Assembly: GCA_963827235.1 (NCBI GenBank)
Contig: CAWHAE010000009.1
Span: 640,001 to 704,000, forward strand
DNA length: 64,000 bases
DNA from: an uncultured bacterium
GTDB taxonomy: Bacteria; Chloroflexota; UBA5177; JANWHV01
Reading direction: 5' to 3'
A program made the translations under genes and the position numbers. The notes under the pieces were generated by a model. The model searched no databases. It was not told where the DNA came from and saw only the letters and a list, made by a program, of their open reading frames with translations. Shown piece after piece: positions 53,785-63,714 of this stretch (positions are counted from its first letter, which is position 1; every line of letters starts with the position of its first letter).

Positions 53785-54927
53785 TCATCGTGGAGCTATT
53801 GAAGCCCGGGCCGGTGATTGGGCACGGCCGAACGACAGGCGTCGACTCAGCCAGAGCGCGACGTAGACCAATCCCACCAGGGCGGGCACCTCGATGAGCG
53901 GGCCGACCACGGCGGCGAGCGCCTGTCCGCTACCGATACCGAAGGCTCCGATGGCAACGGCGATGGCGAGCTCGAAGTTGTTGCCGGCCGCGGTGAACGA
54001 GAGGGTCGCCGTCTCGGGGTAGGTGAACCCAGCCCGCCGGCCCCACCAGAAGGAAGCGCCGAACATGAGGGCAAAGTAGACCAGGAGCGGCAGCGCGATG
54101 CGCGCGACATCCCTGGGCAGTGAGAGGATCGTGCCACCCTTGAGAGTGAACATCACCACGATCGAGTACAGCAACGCCAGCAGGGCGATCGGCGCGATTC
54201 GCGGCATGGCGACCTCGTCATACCACGCTTTCCCCTTTGCGCGAATGCCGCAGTAGCGCGTGAGGGCGCCGGCAACGAGCGGGATGCCCAGGAAGATGAG
54301 CACGCTGCGCGCGATGTCCGCGAAGCTGATGTGAATCGCCTGCGCCGCCCCCAGGTGCAGCCATGTCGGCAGCACACTGAGGAAGAAGTAGGCATAGAAG
54401 GCATAGGCGAGGATCTGGAAGACGCTGTTCAGGGCCACGAGCACCGCGGCATCCTCGCGGTCGCCGCCCGCGATCTGGTTCCACACCAGCACCATGGCGA
54501 TGCAGCGGGCGAGCCCTACCAGGATCAGCCCGGTGCGATACTGCGGCAGGTCAGGCAGGAAGATCCACGCCAGAGCGAACATCAGCAGCGGCCCCACCAG
54601 CCAGTTGAGCAGCAAGGACACGCCGAAAAGCTTGCCCGCGTGGCGCAGGCGGCCCAGCTCTTCGTAGTGCACTCGCGCCAGCACGGGGTACATCATCAGG
54701 ATCAGCCCAATGGCAATCGGCAGCGATACGGACGTCACCTGCAGCGAGTTCAGCCGGTTCGCCATACTGGGTACGGCGGCGCCCAACGCGAGGCCGGCGC
54801 CGACCGCGGCGAAGATCCAGACCGGGAGAAAACGGTCGAGCAGTGAGAGGTTTCCGACCACAGACCGCACGCTCACCGCCATCTGATCCGGCCGCGCGTC
54901 GTCCACCGCGAGTGTTGTTCTTGCCAT
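53785..54927 (-). CDS. acr3: ACR3 family arsenite efflux transporter
   Basis: LDRFLPVWI, MMYPVL, LARCIAMV.VWN, AGNNFELAIA, GPLIEVP. Confidence 0.96.
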   Translation of the reverse strand: MARTTLAVDDARPDQMAVSVRSVVGNLSLLDRFLPVWIFAAVGAGLALGAAVPSMANRLNSLQVTSVSLPIAIGLILMMYPVLARVHYEELGRLRHAGKLFGVSLLLNWLVGPLLMFALAWIFLPDLPQYRTGLILVGLARCIAMVLVWNQIAGGDREDAAVLVALNSVFQILAYAFYAYFFLSVLPTWLHLGAAQAIHISFADIARSVLIFLGIPLVAGALTRYCGIRAKGKAWYDEVAMPRIAPIALLALLYSIVVMFTLKGGTILSLPRDVARIALPLLVYFALMFGASFWWGRRAGFTYPETATLSFTAAGNNFELAIAVAIGAFGIGSGQALAAVVGPLIEVPALVGLVYVALWLSRRLSFGRAQSPARASIAPR

Positions 54928-54934
54928 GTGCTAT

Positions 54935-54950
54935 ATCAACCTTCATTGAT
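54935..54950. promoter_or_regulatory. Putative ArsR operator upstream of acr3
   Basis: ATCAA-N6-TTGAT; a near-identical site TTCAA-N6-TTGAT lies at 55379-55394. Confidence 0.65.
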
Positions 54951-55006
54951 GTGTTGCGCGCATCTCCGCCATCATGCCGGCCGGCAGGCGCGCCGGCTTT
55001 TCATAG

Positions 55007-55372
55007 CTAGGTACCGCCTCCATCGCCCGCGGTGCTGCCGCAGACCGGGACTCTCGTTCCCACGTGTGATGGATGGAAAGCTGCGTCCAGATCGCGCCAC
55101 AGCGTCGCGAGCTGCTCGGCGTCGACCGTGTAGTGGATCCAGCGTGCGTCGTGGGCGTCCCGCCGCTCGCGCACGATCCCAGCCTCTCGGAGCTTGCGGA
55201 TGTGGTGGGATACCAGGTTCTGCGGCAGATCCAGCGCAGCCGCCAACTCGCAGTTGCAGGTCTCGCCCCGCATCAAGAGCAGGAAGATCTGGCGCCGCGT
55301 GGGATCGGCGAGCAGCCGCAAGAAGTCGGCGGTGAGCGGAGCCACGTCGGGCACGCGCTCGGGCGCGTGCAT
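55007..55372 (-). CDS. arsR: ArsR/SmtB family repressor
   Basis: LADPTRRQI, ETCNCEL, VSHHIRKLREAG, RWIHY. Confidence 0.9.
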   Translation of the reverse strand: MHAPERVPDVAPLTADFLRLLADPTRRQIFLLLMRGETCNCELAAALDLPQNLVSHHIRKLREAGIVRERRDAHDARWIHYTVDAEQLATLWRDLDAAFHPSHVGTRVPVCGSTAGDGGGT

Positions 55373-55425
55373 GAGTAGTTCAACGACCATTGATGTACCT
55401 CACGTCCGCATGATACCATGAACAC

Positions 55426-55836
55426 ATGGGTAAGCAACGCGTGCTCTTTCTCTGTACCCACAACTCGGCCCGCAGCCAGATGGCAGAGGCCCTGCTGCGC
55501 GCGCTGGCCGGCGAGCGTTTCGAAGCGTGTTCGGCGGGCACACAGGCGACTCAGGTGCGCCCGCTTGCCGTGCAAGCTATGCAGGAGATCGGCGTGGACA
55601 TCTCAGGGCAGGAGAGCAAGACGCTGGACCGCTACCTGGGCGAGCCGTTCGACGCGGTGATTACCGTCTGCGACGATGCCAACGAGAGCTGCCCCGTGTT
55701 TACCGGCGCGCGAGTACGCTTGCACTGGAGCTTCCCCGATCCCTCGCGCGCCGGCGGCAGCGAGGCGGAGCAGCTGGCCGCCTACCGCAACGTGCGCGAC
55801 GCCATCCGCGCACGGATCGCAGCGGAGTTGCTCTGA
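55426..55836 (+). CDS. arsC: Arsenate reductase (LMW-PTP fold)
   Basis: FLCTHNSARSQMAE, SAGT, TVCDDANESCP, HWSFPDP. Confidence 0.95.
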   Translation: MGKQRVLFLCTHNSARSQMAEALLRALAGERFEACSAGTQATQVRPLAVQAMQEIGVDISGQESKTLDRYLGEPFDAVITVCDDANESCPVFTGARVRLHWSFPDPSRAGGSEAEQLAAYRNVRDAIRARIAAELL

Positions 55837-55990
55837 CTTTCGGGTCGGGACCTGGAGTACGGCCCAGCGGCCTCCGCGTACATCGGGGTGCTGGCAAGCT
55901 ACGTCGCAGCGAAGCAGCCCGCACACCGCCGGACGAGCGCTGCCAAGCGTCCCGTTGCGCAGGGCTCGACCAAGCTGTACTGTAGGGCCG

Positions 55991-56731
55991 ATGAGCAGCC
56001 CAGTATCCCGTTCGCCGCAGGCCACAAACGGGTATGCGGTATTCCTGCCGGCTACCGCTACCGGCAACTCGTCCTCTACGGGTACCACCGGCAGCGGAAC
56101 GACCGCCGTTGCTGGCGGCAGCTCTCCCGGCACGTCCGGCACCGCCGTGCCGCCGGCCGCCGCTGCGCCCGCCGCCATATCGAGCATTGGCAGGTCGTCG
56201 GACGCGACCACTACGTCCTGCGGGACCCCGGGTAGCGCGTCGAGCACTGCCAAGACGGCCGGCAGCACCGGCGCCGCGTCCTCAACGGGGACAGGTACTT
56301 CGAGCAGTACGTCGCCCGACGTCGCTCGCGTGATCGCCCAGTTGCAAGCCCGGGACACGCACGTGCGCGCACACGAAGCAGCGCACATCGCCGCCGGCGG
56401 CGCCTTCGTGCATGGCGGCGCCACCTATACCTACGAGCGCGGTCCGGACGGCAAGGAGTATGCCATCGGCGGCGAGGTCAGCATCGACGTCTCGCCCGTC
56501 GCGAACAACCCCCGCGCCACGATCCAGAAGATGGAGACTGTGCACGCCGCCGCGCTCGCTCCCTCGGATCCATCGGCCGCAGACCTGGGCGTGGCCGCGG
56601 AAGCGATCCAGATCGAAGCCCAAGCCCAGGCCCAGCTCACCGCGCAGCAGGCAGGCCAGGTTGCCGGCGCCTACGCCGCCGTCTCCCAGCCCGTGGAGGC
56701 GACCGGATCGCTCGTCAACGCCCAGGCCTGA
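55991..56731 (+). CDS. SprA-related family protein
   Basis: LQARDTHVRAHEAAH..AGG, YERGPDGKEYAIGGEVSID, AALAPSDPS.AD..VA; Ser/Thr/Gly-rich N-terminus. Confidence 0.8.
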   Translation: MSSPVSRSPQATNGYAVFLPATATGNSSSTGTTGSGTTAVAGGSSPGTSGTAVPPAAAAPAAISSIGRSSDATTTSCGTPGSASSTAKTAGSTGAASSTGTGTSSSTSPDVARVIAQLQARDTHVRAHEAAHIAAGGAFVHGGATYTYERGPDGKEYAIGGEVSIDVSPVANNPRATIQKMETVHAAALAPSDPSAADLGVAAEAIQIEAQAQAQLTAQQAGQVAGAYAAVSQPVEATGSLVNAQA

Positions 56732-57094
56732 TCACCTGCTCTAAGCGGCATCGAGCCGGGACAAGAGCGCGCCTTGCAAGCGGCGCAGGCACGCCGCTTG
56801 CTGCCGGGTGCCGATCCGCCATGGCTACCAGGAGGAGAGCCGGCAGCCAATTACCGGTCATCCCTGCAATGCCGCCGATGCCAAACATCGGGCCGGTGCG
56901 GAATACGTCGGCGTACAACTCACGGGCGCGCACGATCGAGACCAGGTGTCCACTACGACGTGCACGACGGACTGCCGATCCGCCGAAGTCCTCAGTGGCT
57001 CGACGGACGGCAGGTGGTGCTGCGATGTCGCATCGGTGCCACGTCACGTCGGGTGCATGGCGGGCTGTCTCAACCGTGCGGCACTGCTGCCATG

Positions 57095-58837
57095 TCAGCA
57101 ATCATCGGGCACGCCGTACTCCGCGGGCAGATCAGTGATCAGGCCGCGACCAGCCGGACCGTATTCGAAGGCGAAACGCACTCCCGGGTTGAGCACCTGT
57201 TCCAGCATTCGGATCTTACCCATGTCAACGCGATAGATCGGAGCGTACGGGCAGGTTGCCAGGCTTCGCCCGCTCGGCGTCACCGCACCGCCGGCAAGGT
57301 GGGCGGCCAACTCGTCGGCATAGCGCACCTCTACCGCGGTGAGAGCCCACCCTCTGGCTTCCCACCAGGTCACAAGCTCGCATTCTGCCTGATCCTCCAG
57401 CCCGGCGCGGCGCAGCCGGTGACGCGCGCCCTTGCTACTGAGCAACCACCGATCTGCCCGGTCGACGTGCCTGCCTGGCTTTGGGGTCGCTAGGCCGGCG
57501 GGCTCCACCGTCGGGGCAGTGCCAAGCAGCGCCTGCTCAGCCCGGCCACTGTGTGCTGTCTCCGCGGGCAACGTCGCGGGCGCCGCAGGCCTGCCGATCT
57601 CTGGCATGGCGCGTGCAGCGTGGCCTTCCGCGGTCCGCTGGTCGCCGGCCGGCTGCGGGGCATGTCTCTCCGTGCTGGACGACGCAGCATCGAAGGCGCC
57701 GCCGATTTGTGGCATCGCGCGTTCAGCGTGGCCCTCCGCGGTCAGCGGGCCGCCGGCCGGCTGCGGATTACGCCTCTCCGTGCTGGACGACACAGCATCG
57801 GAGGCATCCCCGATCCGCGGCAGAAGCCGCGATGCGTCGGCGGGCGACGGGCCAGCCGATGCTCCCGCATGCCACGCCGGCATGGCGGTGGGTCGGATCG
57901 CGATCTCGGGCAATGCGCGCGGCGGCTCCGGCGGTTCTGGTTGTTCCGGTGCGGGCGGCTGCTTTACCGATCCGGCCGCGCCTGCGGCAATCTCGCCGGA
58001 CTGCACGGGCGATGCCTGCCGCTGGTCAGAGCGCGTGGCGATCGCCAGTTGGTGCGCGACGCCGGGCAGCAGGCTGGGTGCGGCGAGCTGCTGTCCGCAC
58101 GTGAGCAGCGTCGTGAGCACGGTCCACAGCTCGATCGCCAGGTCATAGAGGGCGGCCTCCTCCGGGCTCTGGCCGTGGAAGAGGGAGATGGCGCGCATCT
58201 CGCAGGCATCCAGACGAGATTGCATGGCGGCAAGCTCGCCTTGCAACCCGGAATATGCAGTCTGGAGCCAGGGCGGTGTCGAGGCGTGGGCAAAGAATAC
58301 CTGATAGTCCGCGGCCAACACCAGCACCGAGCCTGCCACGCTCTTTACCCCGGCAAGGATGCCGCGCACGTACGGTGTCGATACACGCTCCGTTTGCAAT
58401 CCGCTATTTGCACCGGACTGCGACCCGGGCAGCAGCGGCAAGGTGAGCGTCGATCGGCGATGCGGATCGGCCAGCAGGCCGCTCAGCTCGCTCTGCAACG
58501 TCTCGACCGGCTCCAGCAAGGCGAGCATGTCGGCGCGCGCAAGCGCCGACATGCTCGCCTTCCTTTCCGGATGGTTGGTCGCCTCGGCGTCGGCGAGACA
58601 CTGAGCCAGAGTCACCAACCAGTCCGCCAGCCAGAGTGGTGCGGCGAGTGGAGAGAGCACAATGGGCACGCGCCAGGGCTCTTTCACCCAGGCAATCTCG
58701 GCCTCGAGCCGGCGGTCCGCTAACTGGGTTCTGAAGCCGGTCAGTTGCGTTGTTGCGGCTAGACGAGCCAGTACGTCGGAGCCGTCGACCGCGCCTTCAA
58801 GGGCATTCCTGATCTTCTCCGTCCACGATTTTGCCAC
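57095..58837 (-). CDS. Hypothetical protein with helical N-terminal domain and Pro/Ala repeat linker
   Basis: 580-aa ORF with an internal 36-aa tandem repeat. Confidence 0.7.
   Translation of the reverse strand: MAKSWTEKIRNALEGAVDGSDVLARLAATTQLTGFRTQLADRRLEAEIAWVKEPWRVPIVLSPLAAPLWLADWLVTLAQCLADAEATNHPERKASMSALARADMLALLEPVETLQSELSGLLADPHRRSTLTLPLLPGSQSGANSGLQTERVSTPYVRGILAGVKSVAGSVLVLAADYQVFFAHASTPPWLQTAYSGLQGELAAMQSRLDACEMRAISLFHGQSPEEAALYDLAIELWTVLTTLLTCGQQLAAPSLLPGVAHQLAIATRSDQRQASPVQSGEIAAGAAGSVKQPPAPEQPEPPEPPRALPEIAIRPTAMPAWHAGASAGPSPADASRLLPRIGDASDAVSSSTERRNPQPAGGPLTAEGHAERAMPQIGGAFDAASSSTERHAPQPAGDQRTAEGHAARAMPEIGRPAAPATLPAETAHSGRAEQALLGTAPTVEPAGLATPKPGRHVDRADRWLLSSKGARHRLRRAGLEDQAECELVTWWEARGWALTAVEVRYADELAAHLAGGAVTPSGRSLATCPYAPIYRVDMGKIRMLEQVLNPGVRFAFEYGPAGRGLITDLPAEYGVPDDC
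57594..57823. repeat. 108-bp intragenic tandem repeat (about 2 copies)
   Basis: CCGAT...GGCA recurs at 57594, 57702 and 57810. Confidence 0.85.
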
Positions 58838-58990
58838 GAGTTGTCTCCCCAGCAGCGTGCTCGCGAAGAGGGCCTAGCTCTCCACGAGTCCTCTGTGGCC
58901 TGCCCAACCTTGAGAGACTGAATCCTGCGCCGGCCGGCGGCTGCCATGGCCTGTGCTTACAACTGACACACGGATCGTCGCGCCTCGAGC

Positions 58991-59629
58991 CTACTCGATC
59001 ATGCGTAGCAGCGCGTCCGCAATGACCTGGGGGTTGGTCTCGCCGGCGAACGTGAGGGTCTTGACGTGCGCGTTGTTGGCCTCGATACTCTTGTAGGCCG
59101 CCAGCGCGCGATCGTGCTCGGCACCAAAGCCCACCAAGGCGACCACGATGTAGACGCCTCCGCTCGCGGCGCTGATGGCCTGGGCAAAGCGATCGGTGTC
59201 GTCGGCCTCGCCATCCGTGATCACCAGGGCGAGCAGCAGCGGTCGCTCCGCCGGTGGCTTCTGGCCGAACTCGTCCTGGTAGGTGTCGATCAGGGTGTTC
59301 CAGCCCGGCATGACGCGTGTGCCGCCCGCCCAGCGTATGTCCCCCCACTTCTGCGCCAGGTTGTTGGGGTTCAGGTCGCCCAGATCCACCGCTCGGCCAT
59401 CCGCGAAGGTGACGGTGCGCAGGCCACCGCCCTCCTCTTCGCCTGCCGCCTGCGAATCCTCGGCAGCAAGCGCATCCACGATCAGGCTGATCGCCTCCCG
59501 GATCGTGTCCTTCCGCGGCGTCTGATCGTTGGCACTGGTCGGGTAGTTCATGCTACCGGTGGTATCCAGCAGCAGCATCGGTTCCTTCTCCACCTCGGGG
59601 GCACCGGGAGTTTGGGCTTCTGAAGTCAT
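58991..59629 (-). CDS. Stand-alone vWA domain protein
   Basis: LLLDTTGSM, GGT, VITDGE (MIDAS-like). Confidence 0.8.
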   Translation of the reverse strand: MTSEAQTPGAPEVEKEPMLLLDTTGSMNYPTSANDQTPRKDTIREAISLIVDALAAEDSQAAGEEEGGGLRTVTFADGRAVDLGDLNPNNLAQKWGDIRWAGGTRVMPGWNTLIDTYQDEFGQKPPAERPLLLALVITDGEADDTDRFAQAISAASGGVYIVVALVGFGAEHDRALAAYKSIEANNAHVKTLTFAGETNPQVIADALLRMIE

Positions 59630-59869
59630 CTCGCTCGCTCCTTCCAACGCTCTACCGAACATGTGTGGACTCTAGCCTTCTGCAGCGTAGCCCAGCTTGG
59701 AGCACGGCGCAACGGGGTCGGCGCCGGTCCATCAATTCTGGGCCAGACTGCCTGAAGTGATCCTCTCCCAGCCGAGCGATGTCGGTCTCACGGCGCGACT
59801 CGCTGCCGTGCAGCACGCGTATAAAGGCAGCGATACTGCCGGCCTCGCCCGGTCGAACTGTCGTGCAAG

Positions 59870-59960
59870 CAGCCTTCGAGAGTGCGTTCGCAAAGCTCTG
59901 CTATTTCCATCGCCGGTTCAAAGCCGCCAATGGATTAACGCCAGCCGATTTCCGGCGGCA
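59870..59960 (+). pseudogene. AraC-type HTH C-terminal remnant
   Basis: AFESAFAKLCYFHRRFKAANGLTPADFRR. Confidence 0.6.
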
Positions 59961-60428
59961 GCCGGCTGGATGACAGCGCCCAGGTCCATGGCGGCGGTCC
60001 CGGCCGACTGTTGAATCCGAGGCACGCACGGGGGCACTTTGAGCCCCCAAGTCGGGCCATTCGGCCCTCCATTTCCTGGGCCGAGTGTACTATCATGCCC
60101 GCGCGTGAGTGAGATGCACGCCTGCCGTGGATGCGATGACCCGCAGCCTTGGACAGGAACCGACGCCTCAAGACTCGAGAGTGATAGAGCTCCACTCCCA
60201 CTCTTCCGACGCCCGCTCTTGCCTGGCCACCCTAGACTGCCGCGAGCAACTGGTGAAACCGGCCACGACCGTGAGGTTATGTGCCGGTTTCTCGCGTCTC
60301 ACGCAGGGAGGTACGCGGAGCGAGCGACCAGGCATCTGCCGCGCGTGCGGATCTGAAGCGCTCAGATAGTTCCTGCCTTCTGCTTCTCGAGCCCTTCGAT
60401 AGCGTAATGCGTGCGGAGGTAAACAGCG

Positions 60429-63400
60429 ATGCGCAGTATGCTTCGTTTTGGATCCGGCCCCGCCGGTCGAGCCCTGCGACGATGGATACCCATCCTCGTG
60501 ATGCTGGCAGCCATCCTACCACCAACAAGCAGCGAAGCGCATGCGAGCCGCACCGCCGGCTGCAAGCAGGGCGGCTGCCCAGCCGTACAACCAGCGACCA
60601 CACAACCGTCGACCGTATCGAGCCGCGCAGCAGGCTCAACGGCAGCTCCCAATACTACCCTCGACGTGGCCGACGGATACATCCAGGTTCAGGCTCCCAA
60701 TAACCTGCGCATCATCGGCCCATCGTACAGCACAACCATCCAGGCAGGCGACAACAGTGCAAGCCAATTCTTCAGTCCCGGATTCGGCTCCGTGATGCTC
60801 GATGCCGGCGCGCGACTCAACCTCACCGTACTCGATACCAACGGCAATAGAGGGACCTATACAGCGATCGTCACGCCCTCCACGTACGTAGCCAAGGACG
60901 GACGCGTCTACCTCAAGGGCAGCGGGTACCTAGGCAGCGGCTCCCGCGAACCGCTGGCCATCAAGTATTATCCGTCAGGATCTAGCATAGGCAATCTCCA
61001 GTATTGGGTGGCTGAAGTCACCAATCTGGATACGCAAGACGTCCATCTCACCATCGATATGACTCAGGGACCTACCAACTTCACCAATGGACGTTACCAG
61101 AACGTCGGCAACGGCAGCGGCGATAACTTCGTCATCGACGCCGCAAACAGCTACCTGAGAATCAACGACACCGGCATTGCCAACATGTACATAGGTATGA
61201 AGCCGCTGAATACACCGACGAGGCACTTTCAGGTGTCCAGCTCGTGGATGGACGACTCTAGCTACATCAGCACCAATCACAAACTGAGCGATACCGTATC
61301 CCAATCCTCCAGCGGCTATGGTGACTACGTCTATCTCCAAAGCGGGGACCTTGCTTCAGGATCAGCAAGTACAACCACCATCACTCCAGGTGCCACGGCG
61401 ACGTTCGCCTGGGCAATAGGTTACGCGACGACTCAAGCGGCGCTCACCACGCTCATGAACGGCAGTGACGCGCAGTTTGGCTCTGACTTAGGTGCCTATA
61501 GAGCACTAGCCGCCAACACAGTGATGACGGTGACCACACCGTACGCAAGCTTCAACTATCTGCTCGAGTCGATGATGAGGACAGAGCTCTATAGCTCCAA
61601 GCTCATGCAGGTGCATGGGTATCAGGCGCCGCCCGCAGGAGCATACACGTTCTTCACACCCTTCGCACGCGACGGCTACTACGCGGCACTCAGCAATGGC
61701 CAGGCAGGCAATACCAGCTCTATCAGAGACCAATTCAATCTCTTTAGGAGCATAGAGAATGCCAACCACAGCCAGCAGCATGAAGCCGGCTACTACGTCA
61801 ACTCCAATGGCATGTACTTTGCGTATGGCAACAACGGATCTCCCGGCGATCAGGATATGTATCAGATTCTGGAAGCGTATGAATACTACGTTCGTACCGG
61901 AGACAAGCCCTTCCTGACGGCAAACATATCCTACCTGGACAACATAGGAGACTACCTTGTCGGCTACTATAACACCAATATAAGCACGGATGGGCTATTC
62001 GAGTCAGCAGGGTGCGCGACATATCTAGACGGCAATGGAAATCTGACCGGTAGATCTCCCGTCGTGGATCCGATCATGAACGCACTGTTTGCCTATACCA
62101 TGAACCGGCTATCGGAATTGAATGCGATCACAGGAGATACTTCCAGGGCCAGTACGTACGCCGCTGTCGCCACCAAGATAACCCAGAACTACTCCAAGCT
62201 CTTTCTCCCCTCGACAAACTGGCTACTGTTCAACAGAACGCCTGATGGTCTCACGACCTACTCGAACGAGGCGCTGACCAAGATAGATGCATTGATATTC
62301 GACGCACTGACGGATACGACAGAACAGCAGGCAATGGTGACTAACGTACTGGGAGCTACATGGTGGGACTCGACCAATGAGGCTTTCTATGAGACGCCAA
62401 CGAACGATAGTCTGTTTAGTCCTGGCTCGTACTGGTACGGTCCCGGATGGAACTTGACCGACTACAAGGCATTCTCCGCCATATTCAGATACGGAACGAC
62501 GGCCCAGGCGCAGGCGGCGTGGTCACGCTTGCAGCTTCACACGGATCGAGTGATCGCCTCGCAGTACGGCAATCCGGGTGAGCACAGCGGAGACAATGGC
62601 CTGTTCGACTTTAGCCTATCGGCGGTAGAGATGGTAACTAGAGGCTTGTTCGGCATCGACGCGCATAGCACGTATTTGACTGCTTCGCCCAATACGTGGA
62701 AGATAGGTGCCGGATCGACCTGGTCATTGAGTAACTATACGGCCGGCGGTCATTACTATAGCTTCACGGTGAGTGGCGACGGCCCGCAGCAGACGACGTA
62801 CCTTGATGGCGTTCTCCAGTCGTCGAACAGGCTCTATTACGATGGCAGCGATCATACTGTAGCGATCGTGATGTCGGCTACTACAATCTCGCCCACGCCG
62901 ACTGCAGCGTCCGCCTCGGCGACACCGACTACTACTCTCGCCTCGTCCACCCCGACCGCGGGGTCCGCCTCGTCCACCCCGACTGTGCCGCCTGCGTCGC
63001 CCACGCCGACTTCCGTACCCGTTTCGCCCACGCCGACTGCCACGGCGGCGGGCGGGATCGTGACCTTGGGAGGGCTCAATCTGGATGGATTCTGCCGCGC
63101 TCAGGGCTTAGGTAGCAATGCCTCGCTCGTCAATGGAGTGTGGTACTGCTCGAGCACGAGGATCGACATGGTCTCGGCCTGCAAATGGCAGTATCCGTCG
63201 GCGCAGAACGTTACCGCAGCTGAAGCTCAGAACGGCAATGCCTATACTTGGACGTGCTACGGGGGCGCCGTAGCGTCTTCCCCCACGCCGACCGCGGCCA
63301 CTCCCTCCGGCACGGCAACTTCCACACCAACAGGGAGTGCACAGAGAGTGACGTCGTTCGGGCTCTATAACGCTACGACCAATCAACCGATAGCCGGATA

Positions 63401-63692
63401 CAATCCACTACTTAGCGGTTCGACGATCAGTTTGTCGGCTTTGCCGAGCACACACTTGAATATCAATGCAGTTACATCACCGGCGATGGTTGGCAGTGTG
63501 GTTTTCGGCGTGGACGGAAATGCGAATTATCATACTGAGAACTATACCCCTTACTTCTTAGCTGGTAAGAGCGGCGGATATTGGATACCGTCAATTGGGA
63601 CGCACACCATCTCAGCAACTCCCTTCACGGGCTCACAAGGGTCAGGAGCAAGAGGGCTGCCTTCAACACTTGTCATTACCTTTGCTCAGTAG
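60429..63692 (+). CDS. Secreted multidomain protein, putative six-hairpin (alpha/alpha)6 glycosidase with Pro/Thr linkers
   Basis: Signal peptide ending AHA; PAGA...FARDGY, YEYYVRTGD..FL, GLFGI; SPTPT linkers; two C-terminal modules. Confidence 0.75.
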   Translation: MRSMLRFGSGPAGRALRRWIPILVMLAAILPPTSSEAHASRTAGCKQGGCPAVQPATTQPSTVSSRAAGSTAAPNTTLDVADGYIQVQAPNNLRIIGPSYSTTIQAGDNSASQFFSPGFGSVMLDAGARLNLTVLDTNGNRGTYTAIVTPSTYVAKDGRVYLKGSGYLGSGSREPLAIKYYPSGSSIGNLQYWVAEVTNLDTQDVHLTIDMTQGPTNFTNGRYQNVGNGSGDNFVIDAANSYLRINDTGIANMYIGMKPLNTPTRHFQVSSSWMDDSSYISTNHKLSDTVSQSSSGYGDYVYLQSGDLASGSASTTTITPGATATFAWAIGYATTQAALTTLMNGSDAQFGSDLGAYRALAANTVMTVTTPYASFNYLLESMMRTELYSSKLMQVHGYQAPPAGAYTFFTPFARDGYYAALSNGQAGNTSSIRDQFNLFRSIENANHSQQHEAGYYVNSNGMYFAYGNNGSPGDQDMYQILEAYEYYVRTGDKPFLTANISYLDNIGDYLVGYYNTNISTDGLFESAGCATYLDGNGNLTGRSPVVDPIMNALFAYTMNRLSELNAITGDTSRASTYAAVATKITQNYSKLFLPSTNWLLFNRTPDGLTTYSNEALTKIDALIFDALTDTTEQQAMVTNVLGATWWDSTNEAFYETPTNDSLFSPGSYWYGPGWNLTDYKAFSAIFRYGTTAQAQAAWSRLQLHTDRVIASQYGNPGEHSGDNGLFDFSLSAVEMVTRGLFGIDAHSTYLTASPNTWKIGAGSTWSLSNYTAGGHYYSFTVSGDGPQQTTYLDGVLQSSNRLYYDGSDHTVAIVMSATTISPTPTAASASATPTTTLASSTPTAGSASSTPTVPPASPTPTSVPVSPTPTATAAGGIVTLGGLNLDGFCRAQGLGSNASLVNGVWYCSSTRIDMVSACKWQYPSAQNVTAAEAQNGNAYTWTCYGGAVASSPTPTAATPSGTATSTPTGSAQRVTSFGLYNATTNQPIAGYNPLLSGSTISLSALPSTHLNINAVTSPAMVGSVVFGVDGNANYHTENYTPYFLAGKSGGYWIPSIGTHTISATPFTGSQGSGARGLPSTLVITFAQ

Positions 63693-63714
63693 TGAGCGCT
63701 GACTGCCTTGCTCG

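Noticed and set aside
55965-55995. Sigma28-like promoter (GCCGAT) before the SprA-related gene
   Set aside because: It overlaps the start codon and lacks a correctly spaced -35
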